The notes beneath the pieces were generated by a model, which did not search any database, was not told the origin of the DNA, and worked only from the letters and a program-made list of their open reading frames with translations. From NCBI GenBank assembly GCA_965243605.1, contig CBDEVQ010000100.1, positions 45,888 through 109,887 of the forward strand: a stretch of 64,000 nt of DNA, read 5' to 3'. Source of the DNA: Flavobacteriales bacterium (GTDB lineage: Bacteria > Bacteroidota > Bacteroidia > Flavobacteriales > CAJXXR01). Both the position numbers and the translations under genes were made by a program. Positions 19,371 to 34,666 of the stretch are shown piece by piece (within the stretch, counting starts at the first letter, position 1; each line of letters begins with the position of its first letter).

Positions 19371-22300
19371 ATGAGATTAAGTAAGGTTGCAAGAGAATTA
19401 AACGTTAGTATAGATCGTCTTACGGAGAAGCTAGCTGCTAAAGGTTTCGAAGTCGAAGCCCGTCCGAATACGAAAATTACTGGCGAACAGTATGATATTT
19501 TAAATCAGGCATTTAAATCGGATCATACACAGAAACTGAAATCTGAGCAAGTTTCTAAGAAAAAAGCTGAAGAAAAAGAAGCTTTGAAACAAGCTAGAAA
19601 GACTACCGAAGATAGTAAGGAGAAAGTTGCAGATAGTAATATCGTAACAGACAGCCCGAAACCTGAGGAGAAAGTAAATCATGATGCAGAATTTAACAAA
19701 TTGCAAAAAGACTTCTTTGATAAGGAGAAAAAAGCAGTAGTTGAATCTGAAGAGAAAAGTAAAGATCCTCAAGTTCAAGTAGCAAAAGCTGAAGTAAAAG
19801 GAATTAAAACTGTTGGTATTATTGATTTGAAAAATGTAAATAAGCCGAAAGCAGATTCGACCACTGCAAATAAGACAGATAATTCTGAAAAGTCTCGTAA
19901 TAAAAATAAAGCAGATATTAAAGCAAAATCAGAATCTCAAAATGCTGATTCTTCTAAATCAAACGTTAAGTCTGATCAGCAACCTGAAAACTCAAAAGAC
20001 AAAGTTGTTAAAGCTAAAGGAGCCACTTTAAAAGGTGTTAAGTCTTTAGGTAAAATCAACATAAAGTCGACCTCAAATTCAGGGAAGTTTAATAACGCAA
20101 GTTCTAAAGATCAAGATCGAATTAAAAAAGAACTAGCAAAAAAATTAACTTCTACAGAAAAGGAAAAAGAGAAAGAGCGTGCTAAGGCGAAAGCTAAAGC
20201 AGAAGAAGCAAAACCACAAGAAGCTGTTGCTGATAAGCCAGCTGAGGTTATTAAAGCTCGAGCTAAAACGCTTTCTGGACCAACTTTTACAGGACAAAAA
20301 ATTGATTTAAATCAATTTAAGAAACCTGCTAAAAAGGTTGCTTCATCTTCAAGCCCACACGGTAAAAAGAAAAGTGAAGCAGATAAAAAGAAGCGTAAGC
20401 GTATAAATAAAAATCCGAATGCTTCTGGTAACACTGGTAATGCTCAAAATAAAGGGCCGGGTGCTGGTGGAAATAACAGAAACAACAATCGTAGACCAGG
20501 TGGAGGTAATAACCAAAACCGATCTGGTGCAGGTAAAGGGCGTTTTAATAAAAATGCAAAATCAGCTCCAAAGGTTGCTAAAGCGGAACCAACGGATGCA
20601 GAAATCCAAAAGAAGATTTCTGATACGTTAAATAGATTAACGAATAAAGGTAAATCTAGATCTTCTAAATATAGAAAATCAAAACGTGAAGAACGTCGTG
20701 ATTTACATGAAAAAGAACTAGAGAAACAAGCAAAAGAAAAGCAATTGATTAAAGTTACAGAATTTGTAACTTCTCAAGAGCTTGCAACCATGATGAACGT
20801 TAGTATTACTGATGTAATATCATCTTGTATGATGCTTGGATTAATGGTTACAATGAATCAACGTCTTGATAAAGATACATTAACTATTGTAGCTAATGAA
20901 TTCGGATTCGAAGTTGAGTTTGTATCAGCAGATGTTCAAGAAGCTATCGATGAAGAAGAAGTTGTTGATAATCCTGAAGATTTAACAGAGCGTCCACCTA
21001 TTGTTACTGTAATGGGACATGTTGATCATGGTAAGACGTCTTTATTAGATTACGTACGTAAAGCGAATGTAATTGCTGGTGAAGCTGGGGGAATAACTCA
21101 GCACATTGGATCATATAGTGTGAAATTACCTAATGGTAAACCAATAACGTTTATTGATACTCCAGGTCACGAAGCCTTTACGGCCATGCGTGCTCGTGGT
21201 GCTCAAGTAACCGATGTTGTAATTATTGTAATTTCTGCAGAGGATAGAATTATGCCTCAAACGAAAGAAGCAATTGCCCATGCTCAGGCTGCAGAAGTTC
21301 CAATTATTTTTGCAATCAACAAGGTAGATAAGCCAAATGCTAACCCTGATAAAATTAAGCAGGAATTAGCATCTGAAAACTTACTTATTGAAGAATGGGG
21401 AGGTAAATATCAATCGTATGATGTTTCTGCTAAAACTGGATTAAATGTTGAAAGTATGCTTGAAGGTGTACTTTTAGAAGCTGAACTTTTAGAATTAAAA
21501 GCAAATCCAGACCGAAAAGCAAAAGGATCTATTATTGAAGCATCTTTAGATAAAGGTAAAGGATACACTACGAACATTTTAGTTCAAACAGGTACATTAA
21601 ATATTGGAGACTTTATTCTTACTGGTCAGTATTATGGTAAGATTAAGGCAATGCATAACGAAAGAGGTCAGTTAGTAAATGCTGCAGGACCTTCTACACC
21701 AGTTAGTATTTTAGGTCTTAATGGAGCTCCTCAAGCTGGAGATACTTTTAATGTAATGACAGATGAGCGTGAAGCAAAATCTATTGCATCTAGACGTATG
21801 CAGTTACAAAGAGAGCAATCTATTAGAACTCAAAAGCATCTTACTCTTGAAGAGATTGGACGTCGTTTAGCTGTTGGAGATTTCCAAGAGTTAAATATTA
21901 TACTGAAAGGGGATGTTGATGGATCTATCGAAGCATTATCAGATTCGTTACAGAAATTATCAACAGAATCTATCCAAGTTAATATCCTTCATAAGGCGGT
22001 TGGACAAATTTCAGATAGTGATGTATTATTAGCAACAGCTTCTAATGCGATTATTATCGGATTCCAAGTAAGACCTTCAGGTTCTGCTCGTAAGATTGCA
22101 GAGAAAGAAGAAGTAGATGTACGTCTTTACTCAATTATCTATGATGCGATAAATGATGTTAAAGAAGCAATGGAAGGTATGTTATCTCCAGACTTTAAAG
22201 AAGAAGTTGTGGCGAACCTTACAATCCGTGAAACATTTAGAATTTCTAAAGTTGGAACAATTGCTGGTTGTTATGTAACAACTGGTAAGATTAACCGTAA

Positions 22301-22496
22301 TAACGACATCCGTATTATTAGAGAAGGTATTGTTATCTATTCTGGTAAACTAGGATCTCTTAAGAGATTTAAAGATGATGTTAAGGAAGTAGCTAAAGGA
22401 TATGAATGTGGATTAAACATTGATAAGTTTAATGATCTTAAAGTTGATGATGTTATCGAAGCCTATGAAATGGTAGAGGTAAAGCAAAAGCTTTAA
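19371..22496 (+). CDS. infB: Translation initiation factor IF-2
   Basis: [35 protein letters not shown]. Confidence 0.99.
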   Translation: MRLSKVARELNVSIDRLTEKLAAKGFEVEARPNTKITGEQYDILNQAFKSDHTQKLKSEQVSKKKAEEKEALKQARKTTEDSKEKVADSNIVTDSPKPEEKVNHDAEFNKLQKDFFDKEKKAVVESEEKSKDPQVQVAKAEVKGIKTVGIIDLKNVNKPKADSTTANKTDNSEKSRNKNKADIKAKSESQNADSSKSNVKSDQQPENSKDKVVKAKGATLKGVKSLGKINIKSTSNSGKFNNASSKDQDRIKKELAKKLTSTEKEKEKERAKAKAKAEEAKPQEAVADKPAEVIKARAKTLSGPTFTGQKIDLNQFKKPAKKVASSSSPHGKKKSEADKKKRKRINKNPNASGNTGNAQNKGPGAGGNNRNNNRRPGGGNNQNRSGAGKGRFNKNAKSAPKVAKAEPTDAEIQKKISDTLNRLTNKGKSRSSKYRKSKREERRDLHEKELEKQAKEKQLIKVTEFVTSQELATMMNVSITDVISSCMMLGLMVTMNQRLDKDTLTIVANEFGFEVEFVSADVQEAIDEEEVVDNPEDLTERPPIVTVMGHVDHGKTSLLDYVRKANVIAGEAGGITQHIGSYSVKLPNGKPITFIDTPGHEAFTAMRARGAQVTDVVIIVISAEDRIMPQTKEAIAHAQAAEVPIIFAINKVDKPNANPDKIKQELASENLLIEEWGGKYQSYDVSAKTGLNVESMLEGVLLEAELLELKANPDRKAKGSIIEASLDKGKGYTTNILVQTGTLNIGDFILTGQYYGKIKAMHNERGQLVNAAGPSTPVSILGLNGAPQAGDTFNVMTDEREAKSIASRRMQLQREQSIRTQKHLTLEEIGRRLAVGDFQELNIILKGDVDGSIEALSDSLQKLSTESIQVNILHKAVGQISDSDVLLATASNAIIIGFQVRPSGSARKIAEKEEVDVRLYSIIYDAINDVKEAMEGMLSPDFKEEVVANLTIRETFRISKVGTIAGCYVTTGKINRNNDIRIIREGIVIYSGKLGSLKRFKDDVKEVAKGYECGLNIDKFNDLKVDDVIEAYEMVEVKQKL

Positions 22497-22514
22497 TACA
22501 TACTTAATAAATAG

Positions 22515-22549
22515 AAAAAAGGGAACTTGTTAGCAAGTTCCCTTTTTTT
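22515..22549 (+). terminator. Intrinsic terminator after infB
   Basis: AAAAAAGGGAACTTG-ttag-CAAGTTCCCTTTTTTT. Confidence 0.9.
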
Positions 22550-22630
22550 GTTAAACCATTAATGTAGCGGTATATTAATGCGTTTAAATATAATAGTGAT
22601 TAGATTCTATTAATTCCGTAGTTTTGCAAA

Positions 22631-23218
22631 ATGATAATACATAAAAATACATTAATCTCAGAAGAGCTTTTTGAAGAAGAGTTTGTTTGTAATCTTTCAG
22701 CTTGTAAAGGTGCTTGCTGTGTTGAAGGGGATGGTGGAGCTCCATTAAAGCAAGATGAAGTTTTACAAATTGAAGATAATTGGGATATCATTAAAACATA
22801 CTTACCTAAAAGATCTATAGATAAAGTTGAGTCGGACGGATTCTCGGATAGAGGAATTGACGGAGAGCTAGAGACTCCACTTATTAATGGTAAAGAATGT
22901 GTTTATGTTGAATTTTTAGAAGATGGAGCACTTAGATGTGGAATAGAACATGCGCATGCAGATGGTAAAATCAATTTTTTGAAACCAGAATCATGTCATT
23001 TATATCCTATCCGCGTACAAAAACTACCAACTTTTGAATCCTTACTATACAACCGATGGGATATTTGTTCTGATGCATGTAGTTTAGGTAAAGAGCTTAA
23101 AGTTCCTGTATATAAGTTTCTGAAAAATCCATTAATTACGAAATATGGTGAAGAATGGTATAAAGAGGTTGATGTGATTGGGAAGGAATATCGCAAAAGT
23201 AAAGGGTTAGAGAATTAA
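22631..23218 (+). CDS. DUF3109 family Cys-rich protein
   Basis: FVCNLSACKGACCVEGDGGAP, KPESCHLYPIR, WDICSDAC. Confidence 0.85.
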   Translation: MIIHKNTLISEELFEEEFVCNLSACKGACCVEGDGGAPLKQDEVLQIEDNWDIIKTYLPKRSIDKVESDGFSDRGIDGELETPLINGKECVYVEFLEDGALRCGIEHAHADGKINFLKPESCHLYPIRVQKLPTFESLLYNRWDICSDACSLGKELKVPVYKFLKNPLITKYGEEWYKEVDVIGKEYRKSKGLEN

Positions 23219-23227
23219 AATAAGATT

Positions 23228-24004
23228 ATGGAAAATCATAAAAGAGTTAAGGCAAAAAAATCATTTGGACAACATTTTTTAAAGGATGAAGAAGTGTGTG
23301 TGAACATTGCGAATATCCTAACAGGGGAAGGATATGATAATGTTCTAGAGATTGGGCCTGGTATGGGGGTGTTAACTAAATATTTGATTCAACGAAAAGA
23401 AAATGTCCGCGTTATTGAAGTCGATAATGAATCTGTTGAGTATTTAATGGTGAATTTCCCAGAATTAAATGGTAAAATAATTCATGCAGATTTTTTAAGA
23501 ATACCAATTGACGAAATGTTTCAAGAACAATTTGCTGTCATTGGAAACTTCCCTTACAACATATCTTCTCAAATTTTATTTAAAATAGTTGATTTTAGAC
23601 ATCTTATTCCAGAAGCAGGAGGGATGTTCCAAAAAGAATTGGCTCAACGCGTTGCTTCACCTCCTGGGAGTAAAGCTTATGGTGTCATTAGTGTCTTAAT
23701 TCAGGCTTATTATGATATAGAGTATTGCTTTACGGTATTACCACACGTTTTTGATCCACCACCAAAAGTAGATAGTGGAGTTATTTATTTAAGACGTAAA
23801 GAAAATTATACACTTCCTTGTGATGAAAAGTTATTCAGACAAGTTGTAAAGCAAGCCTTCTCTCAAAGGAGAAAAACATTATCAAATGCACTAAAGCCAT
23901 TTTTAACAAATCCTGAGTGGAAAAAAATGGATATTTTCAAACTTAGAGCAGAGCGATTATCAGTTCAAGATTTTATTGATTTAACAAATATGTTTAGTGA
24001 ATAA
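23228..24004 (+). CDS. rsmA: 16S rRNA adenine dimethyltransferase RsmA/KsgA
   Basis: [39 protein letters not shown]. Confidence 0.97.
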   Translation: MENHKRVKAKKSFGQHFLKDEEVCVNIANILTGEGYDNVLEIGPGMGVLTKYLIQRKENVRVIEVDNESVEYLMVNFPELNGKIIHADFLRIPIDEMFQEQFAVIGNFPYNISSQILFKIVDFRHLIPEAGGMFQKELAQRVASPPGSKAYGVISVLIQAYYDIEYCFTVLPHVFDPPPKVDSGVIYLRRKENYTLPCDEKLFRQVVKQAFSQRRKTLSNALKPFLTNPEWKKMDIFKLRAERLSVQDFIDLTNMFSE

Positions 24005-24087
24005 TTTTTTTTTATTGTTTAAAAATTGATTTATAGAGTTTTAAGTATTGAGTTGATTATTTGTTTTAAATAAATTTGATTTAAAGG

Positions 24088-24276
24088 TTGTGAATGTAGA
24101 AAAAGGGTTTACATTTGCACTCGCAATACGGGAAACGATGTACGTTTCTCAGTAGTATTGTAACGATCATTGAGAGTTGTAAGTAGGGATTTTAAATAGT
24201 TAGAAATTAATTTTCACGATAAGTAGAAATTAATTGAAAAAGATTTGGAATGTATGAAATAAAGTTTTTATATTTG
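24088..24276 (+). promoter_or_regulatory. Tandem rrn promoters P1/P2 (Bacteroidota sigmaA type)
   Basis: TTG (24088) with TACATTTG (24110-17), and TTTG (24244) with TATATTTG (24269-76). Both are followed by ..CTCGCAAT and a boxA-like GATCATTGA. Confidence 0.75.
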
Positions 24277-24366
24277 CCCTCGCAATTCGCAAGAATAGCA
24301 AGATCATTGACATATTAGGAAAGAAACAAGAGAAGAGAAACTTGAGTCCAGAATACAAAGATTTTA

Positions 24367-25887
<1,521 letters not shown>

Positions 25888-25950
25888 ATAGAGAGATGAC
25901 AATAGTAATCTTTTCTTTTTCTTTCCTATTATTTATATAAATACATAAAT

Positions 25951-26024
25951 AGTCTCATAGCTCAGCTGGTTAGAGTACTACACTGATAATGTAGGGGTCC
26001 GCGGTTCGAGTCCGCGTGAGACTA
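25951..26024 (+). tRNA. tRNA-Ile(GAT)
   Basis: Acceptor AGTCTCA/TGAGACT, anticodon loop CTGATAA, GGTTCGAG T-loop; CCA not encoded. Confidence 0.96.
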
Positions 26025-26047
26025 CTTTAGTATTTAGATTTTATTAT

Positions 26048-26124
26048 GGGGGATTAGCTCAGCTGGCTAGAGCGCCTGCCTTGCACGCAGGAGGTCATCG
26101 GTTCGACTCCGATATTCTCCACCA
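26048..26124 (+). tRNA. tRNA-Ala(TGC)
   Basis: GGGGGAT/ATTCTCC acceptor, anticodon TGC, GGTTCGAC, encoded ACCA. Confidence 0.96.
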
Positions 26125-26186
26125 TAAGCCGAAAGGCGTAAGATCATTGACATATTGATAGAGCAAAAAAGAAAAGAATACAATAA

Positions 26187-28995
<2,809 letters not shown>

Positions 28996-29083
28996 TGCGT
29001 AATTTTCTTTTTTGTTCTACGATAGTCATATTATTGATTTATAAATATACTGTTTAGCACTTTTGTGTTAAGACAGCAACGAT

Positions 29084-29190
<107 letters not shown>

Positions 29191-29193
29191 TTT

Positions 29194-29230
29194 AAAAAAG
29201 CATTTTAGGAAACTAAAATGCTTTTTTTTT
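29194..29230 (+). terminator. rrn terminator
   Basis: AAAAAAGCATTTTAG-gaaa-CTAAAATGCTTTTTTTTT. Confidence 0.9.
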
Positions 29231-29294
29231 GTTTCAAACTTTTTTTAGGTATATTGCTTTACTCAAACCTATTATAATTAAATGAGGGAACACC

Positions 29295-32231
29295 ATGTAT
29301 AAGTATTTAGTTATAATAAAGTTTTTTATATTTTCTTTTACTTGGGCTCAAGTAAATTTAAAGCTTCATGAGTCTCCCATTGCTCAGAAATATTTGTTTG
29401 AAAATTTCTCGACCAATGATGGATTACCGAGTAACGAAACCTTTTGTGTATTTCAGGACAGTAGAGATTATATCTGGATAGGAACAGATCGTGGGTTAGT
29501 AATGTATAATGGATATGAATTTAAAACATACACCACTCTAGATGGACTTGAGGATAACGTTATTTTAGCCCTAAATGAGGATGGTAATGGTAATTTATGG
29601 TATTCTGGCTTAAATAATTATGCTGTTGGCTATATAGACCCTAAAATGCAGTTCCATAAGTACCCTCACCAAAATAAATTAATTGAATACACAAAGAAAG
29701 TATTTGATAGAAATATACATTTTAATGCACTAGATTTTGATTCAACAAATATTATATTTTCAAATATTAAATATGGGTTATTAGAATTAAATAATGAGGG
29801 TGATATTATACATGAATTCTCTAAAAGTGAGGATATACCTGAAACTCATATCATAAATTATAATAATTTTTCTAAAGTTTTTTTATTACGGACTAGAGAT
29901 AATGAAATATTATACAATAAGATTATTGATAGTAAAGGAGGGGTTTTAGGAACGTATTCAAGGCAAAATATACATGAAGTTTTTCCATCTTTAGTTCAAA
30001 ATGATTCAGTTAGAATAATTTATGATTGGTATAGAAAAATTTCAATTTTAGAAGATACTATACAAGTTCAAAATGTAAATGAATTAATATTTAGTATTCA
30101 ATTGTCTAAAGATTTAATATTATATTCTGTTAGTAAATCAAATGATAAAGAGAGTAAAGTATATTTATCTAAATCTATAAATTTTGAAGACGATAAAAAT
30201 CTAATTCTTGATGGACCTCGAATTACGAATGCAATACTTGATAAAGATAATGGCTTATGGTTAACGTCTACAAGACATGGTGTGTATTACTTCCCAAGTT
30301 TAAATTCTATTGTTACCTCAAATAATGAACCTATAGAGTCTATAATACCTTTAGATAGTGGTTTAATTTACGGAACGCTTAATACCCAATATTATTTAGA
30401 TAAACATCATTCTGAAATTTATCAATTAAGAGAAGAACCAGATATATTAGATCTCTTTGAATCCACATCAAAAATCAATATACAAAACTTTATTATATTT
30501 AAGGAAGGTTCTAACTTACGTAAGGCTAAAGGCTATTATAAAGTATCTGATTCATTAATGTATTTGATTAATGGAGAGTATTTGGAAAAAGTAGAACGTA
30601 TAGATGATGAAATAAGAATAGAAATAGTTCTAACCAATACTAGTTATATATTGGATATTTATTGTATTAAGGAAGACTCTTGTTTACTAGCTACTCAGAA
30701 TGGTATTTATTCTTATACTAAGAATAGTATAGGTAAAGCATGGTATAGTCCAGATAAACGAACAGGGAATATTAATACGATTGAGAATGATTCAATAATA
30801 TTGTTTACAGTATTGGGTGAGGGATTACATATTGTGAAAAATGGCGAGATACTATCTTTTTCTGAAGAGGATGGATTAAATAGTAATATCATAAACCAAG
30901 TATTTGTTGATGTAAATAATACCATATGGATAAGTACAAATAAAGGGATCAATTCATTACAAATTGAAAATGGCGAGTTCATAATTAATAAAGTATTAGG
31001 ACAGTCAAGGATATTAAAATCGCCAAATATTATTCAGTTATATGTAGAAGATAGCCTTTTATATATAGGAACAGATAAAGGTATTAATGTTTTAGATCTT
31101 AAATCAGAAAAGAAAGATAAAGTTTATAAATTGCCTATTAAAATTACTCAATTAAGTGTCAATAATGAGGATCATAAAATTTCTGAAATGGATACATTTA
31201 ATTATGATCAAAATAATATAGTATTCTCTTTTATTGCAATATCACCAAAAAAATTCTCTAAGATTAATTATAAGTATTGCTTACGTGGACTTTCTGATGA
31301 ATGGATAGAAACAACAGAACGTAAAGCAACTTTTTTTAAAATAGAACCTGGGTCATATGAATTTGATTTGCAAGCTGAGGATGAGTTTGGGAATTGGATT
31401 AAGGCTGAATCTATACCTAAAATATATATTGATAAGCCATATTGGAAAAAATGGTGGTTTATTTCGGGTTCTTTATTATGTGGAATTTTAATTCTAGGTG
31501 GTATATTGTATTACTATATTCGAAATTTAAAGAAAGAAAAATTGTTTGTTGAAAATGAACAGCATTTATCCGAAGAATTAAATGAATCACGTCAAAAAGC
31601 ACTTAGTGCTCAACTTAACCCTCATTTTGTCTTTAATTCTTTAAATTCAATTCAAAACTTTATTTTAACCAAACGCACAGAATTGTCAAGTGATTATTTA
31701 AGCTTATTCTCGAAGTTGATGCGTTTTGTATTTGAAAATTCAAAGAAACTTTATGTTCCATTACATGATGAGATAGAAGCCATCCGTTTATATTTAGAGC
31801 TTGAGCAAGTTAGACATAATCATATGTTTAAATATATTATTCATACTTCAGAAATAGAAATGAACACTATTTTTATTCCTTCTTTACTTTTTCAACCTAT
31901 CATAGAAAATGCTATTTGGCATGGTTTGTTACATAAGAAATCGAAAGATAGATTGTTAGAAATTAACTTTTATGTAGATGATGAAAATTTACATATAGAC
32001 GTAAAAGATAATGGAGTTGGAAGAGGGAATTCTAAACCACGTCTTAAAATTATTGATAAGCAAAAGTCAAGTGGAGTAGAGCTAACCAAACAACGTTTAC
32101 GATTGTTAAGTGAATCTACAGGGTTAAAAACCAATTTCGATATTATTGATTTATCTGATGAAAATAATCAACCCTGTGGAACGTGTGTTAAAATATCTAT
32201 TCCTTTACATTTATCAAATAGTAATAAATAG
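29295..32231 (+). CDS. LytS-type histidine kinase with periplasmic beta-propeller and Y_Y_Y-like domain
   Basis: Signal peptide; DGLPSN..QDSRDYIWIGT repeats; YKYCLRG..W..PGSYEF; TM (PYWKKWWF); AQLNPHFVFNSLNSI, IENAIWHG, DNGVG. Confidence 0.9.
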   Translation: MYKYLVIIKFFIFSFTWAQVNLKLHESPIAQKYLFENFSTNDGLPSNETFCVFQDSRDYIWIGTDRGLVMYNGYEFKTYTTLDGLEDNVILALNEDGNGNLWYSGLNNYAVGYIDPKMQFHKYPHQNKLIEYTKKVFDRNIHFNALDFDSTNIIFSNIKYGLLELNNEGDIIHEFSKSEDIPETHIINYNNFSKVFLLRTRDNEILYNKIIDSKGGVLGTYSRQNIHEVFPSLVQNDSVRIIYDWYRKISILEDTIQVQNVNELIFSIQLSKDLILYSVSKSNDKESKVYLSKSINFEDDKNLILDGPRITNAILDKDNGLWLTSTRHGVYYFPSLNSIVTSNNEPIESIIPLDSGLIYGTLNTQYYLDKHHSEIYQLREEPDILDLFESTSKINIQNFIIFKEGSNLRKAKGYYKVSDSLMYLINGEYLEKVERIDDEIRIEIVLTNTSYILDIYCIKEDSCLLATQNGIYSYTKNSIGKAWYSPDKRTGNINTIENDSIILFTVLGEGLHIVKNGEILSFSEEDGLNSNIINQVFVDVNNTIWISTNKGINSLQIENGEFIINKVLGQSRILKSPNIIQLYVEDSLLYIGTDKGINVLDLKSEKKDKVYKLPIKITQLSVNNEDHKISEMDTFNYDQNNIVFSFIAISPKKFSKINYKYCLRGLSDEWIETTERKATFFKIEPGSYEFDLQAEDEFGNWIKAESIPKIYIDKPYWKKWWFISGSLLCGILILGGILYYYIRNLKKEKLFVENEQHLSEELNESRQKALSAQLNPHFVFNSLNSIQNFILTKRTELSSDYLSLFSKLMRFVFENSKKLYVPLHDEIEAIRLYLELEQVRHNHMFKYIIHTSEIEMNTIFIPSLLFQPIIENAIWHGLLHKKSKDRLLEINFYVDDENLHIDVKDNGVGRGNSKPRLKIIDKQKSSGVELTKQRLRLLSESTGLKTNFDIIDLSDENNQPCGTCVKISIPLHLSNSNK

Positions 32232-32272
32232 ATCATTTAGCTGTAAAAATATTCACCTTATATAAGTAATTA

Positions 32273-32310
32273 ATAAGCCCTTATTTGAATCATTTCAGAT
32301 AAGGGCTTAT
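32273..32310. terminator. Hairpin between convergent genes
   Basis: ATAAGCCCTTAT...ATAAGGGCTTAT inverted repeat. Confidence 0.7.
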
Positions 32311-32327
32311 AGTAGAATATATAAATG

Positions 32328-32813
32328 TTATAATGCTGGAATTCTTAATACTTGTCCTGGGTATATTAAATCAGGATTTTTCAACATCGGTTTGTTTGCG
32401 TCAAAAATAACAGGGTACTTCATGGCGTTACCGTAATATTGTTTCGCAATCTTAGAAAGGGAATCCCCTCTAACAACTGTATGGAATTGAGCTTCTGGTT
32501 CTTGAATTTCAACCTCCATTTGATCGTCTACCGTTGCGATACCTTGATTGTTACCGGCTATTAATATTACTTTTTCTTTTGTTTCTTGGTTTTGAGCAGT
32601 TCCTGTTAAGGTTACTATATCTTCAGAAATACATGCATCAAAATCTCTTACCTCTAAACCTAATTTAGAAATAGTTTCTTTTAGGGAATTTGCTGCATCT
32701 TCGTTACAAGTATCCTCTACAATTGTTTCAGTTACTACTTTAACTTTTTCTTCTTTTTTATCATTACCAAAAAGTTTGGCTCCTGCGTCTTTAATAAATG
32801 AAAATAATCCCAT
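32328..32813 (-). CDS. BON-LysM protein (Kbp/YgaU-like)
   Basis: MGLFSFIKDAGAKLF N-terminus, BON domain, LysM HTVVRGDSLSKIA..LIYPGQVLRIP. Confidence 0.92.
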   Translation of the reverse strand: MGLFSFIKDAGAKLFGNDKKEEKVKVVTETIVEDTCNEDAANSLKETISKLGLEVRDFDACISEDIVTLTGTAQNQETKEKVILIAGNNQGIATVDDQMEVEIQEPEAQFHTVVRGDSLSKIAKQYYGNAMKYPVIFDANKPMLKNPDLIYPGQVLRIPAL

Positions 32814-33021
32814 GGTTATCGTTTTTAAATTATTACTAAAGATAAAGTATTAAAATAGGAGCTTTATAGAGCATTCGATTATATTAGTAGGAATAGAGAT
32901 TAAATGTATAAAAATGGTTATAAGTAATATTTAATTTGGTGTTTACAAATCGATAAAAAAAATATATAATTGAGATTATTTTCTATATTTATCGGAATAG
33001 GAACACTTATCCCCCACTTTT

Positions 33022-33873
33022 ATGTTAGGTACTTTTAATTTAGGTCATCTTAGTTTAATTATAGTATTGATTTTTGTATCTCAAACTCGTGTTTTTGCTC
33101 AAAATACAATTAGTATAGATAGCTTAACCCATAAAGAACTTGTTAAAAACGAGCCCTATTTTACCATTTTTGGAGATAATTATTTTACTACAGGGATACC
33201 AACGAATAGAGAGGTGAGTAGTTTAACAAGTGATGTTAAATTTGAAATAGGGTTTAAGCAACGATTGACAAATCTAGTATTGCCATTTAAATCTTACGCT
33301 TATATTACGTATCGTCAAAAATCATTTTGGGATGTTTATCAAGAATCGTCTCCATTTACAGAAACCAATTATAATCCAGGAATAGGTTTTGCCAGACCAT
33401 TCTTTAAGAATAATCAACTTAAGAAAGGTATATTTCTTCAATTTGAACATCAGTCTAATGGGCGGGAAGGTGAATTTTCGAGATCGTGGAATTTTATGTC
33501 CTTAAGTTTTCTATATATGCATCAAGAAAATTGGCAATTTGGAATTAAGGCTTGGGCTCCTATTGGTCCATTAAAAGATAATCCTGATTTAACTGATTAT
33601 ATAGGGTTTCAAGAAACATCTATTGCATTTATGCCTAATCCAAGGTTAATGATAGAAACCAATATTAGAAAAGCTTTTAGCTGGGATTTAAAAGGTAGTT
33701 TAAAGATGGGAATAAGTTATAAGTTAGATCGAGATGCAAACCAATACCTTTATTTACAATATTATTTAGGATATGCGGAAAGTTTAATTGAGTATAATGA
33801 AAATGTAAGCATGATTCGTTTAGGGATTGTATTTAAAGATTTATTTGGAAATTTTAAGCGTTACGCTGAATAA
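33022..33873 (+). CDS. pldA: Outer-membrane phospholipase A (OMPLA)
   Basis: Catalytic HQSNG..SRSWN; SSPFTETNYNP; YAESLIEYN; signal peptide. Confidence 0.9.
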   Translation: MLGTFNLGHLSLIIVLIFVSQTRVFAQNTISIDSLTHKELVKNEPYFTIFGDNYFTTGIPTNREVSSLTSDVKFEIGFKQRLTNLVLPFKSYAYITYRQKSFWDVYQESSPFTETNYNPGIGFARPFFKNNQLKKGIFLQFEHQSNGREGEFSRSWNFMSLSFLYMHQENWQFGIKAWAPIGPLKDNPDLTDYIGFQETSIAFMPNPRLMIETNIRKAFSWDLKGSLKMGISYKLDRDANQYLYLQYYLGYAESLIEYNENVSMIRLGIVFKDLFGNFKRYAE

Positions 33874-33922
33874 TCATATCAGTTAAAGTAAATACAATAT
33901 ATTTTATTTAGAAAATTAATCA

Positions 33923-34645
33923 ATGAAAATTGTTTTTAGAATAGTCATTATACTAATCGTATTACTGGTTGGTTCATATCTCATGTGTACAACAGAACAG
34001 TTGAATTATAACAAGATTATTACAGACTATCTTGAAACTAAGAAAATAGAACCTACAATTACATATAGAATTTCTGATGAGACTTCAATGTTTAAGATTC
34101 TTAACCATCAGATACATTTGAATGAAGGGACACAAGGTATTGAAATAATAATTGATGGAGATACCATCAATACGCAAGAAAAAGTCACTTTAAATGCCGT
34201 TTGGGGTTCTCGTGTAAACCGTGTAAATTTTGCAAATATTCTTACAGAGATTAAAATTTACAAAGCGTATAGTTTAATGAGCTTTCTGTTTTCTAATTAC
34301 CCATGTACAGGTCTTGGCTGCGGTGTGAATTTTCAAATGATTTATGATTTAAAAACCAAACGACAGAGTTATTTTGGTCGGTTTAGGACTGGTTTTGAGA
34401 TGGAATTGTATCATTTTAATTCAGATGATAATCCAGATTTTTTAAGTAAAACATTTTATGGTAGAAACTCTACAGCGATTGATACAACTGAATTTATAAT
34501 GTATTCACATACAAAAAATGGACGTTTTGAGATTTTTAAAACATCAGAACAAGAAAAATTTTGGTTTAAACATATTTATAGTGCTTTTCATCAAGATCTA
34601 AAAAATGAAGGTTTCGAAGAACATTGGATAGAAAATATTAGATAA
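33923..34645 (+). CDS. Hypothetical membrane-anchored protein
   Basis: 240-aa ORF with an N-terminal hydrophobic anchor and PCTGLGCG; no family recognised. Confidence 0.6.
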   Translation: MKIVFRIVIILIVLLVGSYLMCTTEQLNYNKIITDYLETKKIEPTITYRISDETSMFKILNHQIHLNEGTQGIEIIIDGDTINTQEKVTLNAVWGSRVNRVNFANILTEIKIYKAYSLMSFLFSNYPCTGLGCGVNFQMIYDLKTKRQSYFGRFRTGFEMELYHFNSDDNPDFLSKTFYGRNSTAIDTTEFIMYSHTKNGRFEIFKTSEQEKFWFKHIYSAFHQDLKNEGFEEHWIENIR

Positions 34646-34666
34646 ACTTTATATAAATTAGTTTAA

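Noticed and set aside
19560-20720. Long Lys/Asn/Gly-rich low-complexity segment and overlapping ORFs (19500-19778, 20419-20631)
   Set aside because: This is the normal variable N-terminal region of IF-2; the overlapping ORFs are compositional shadows.
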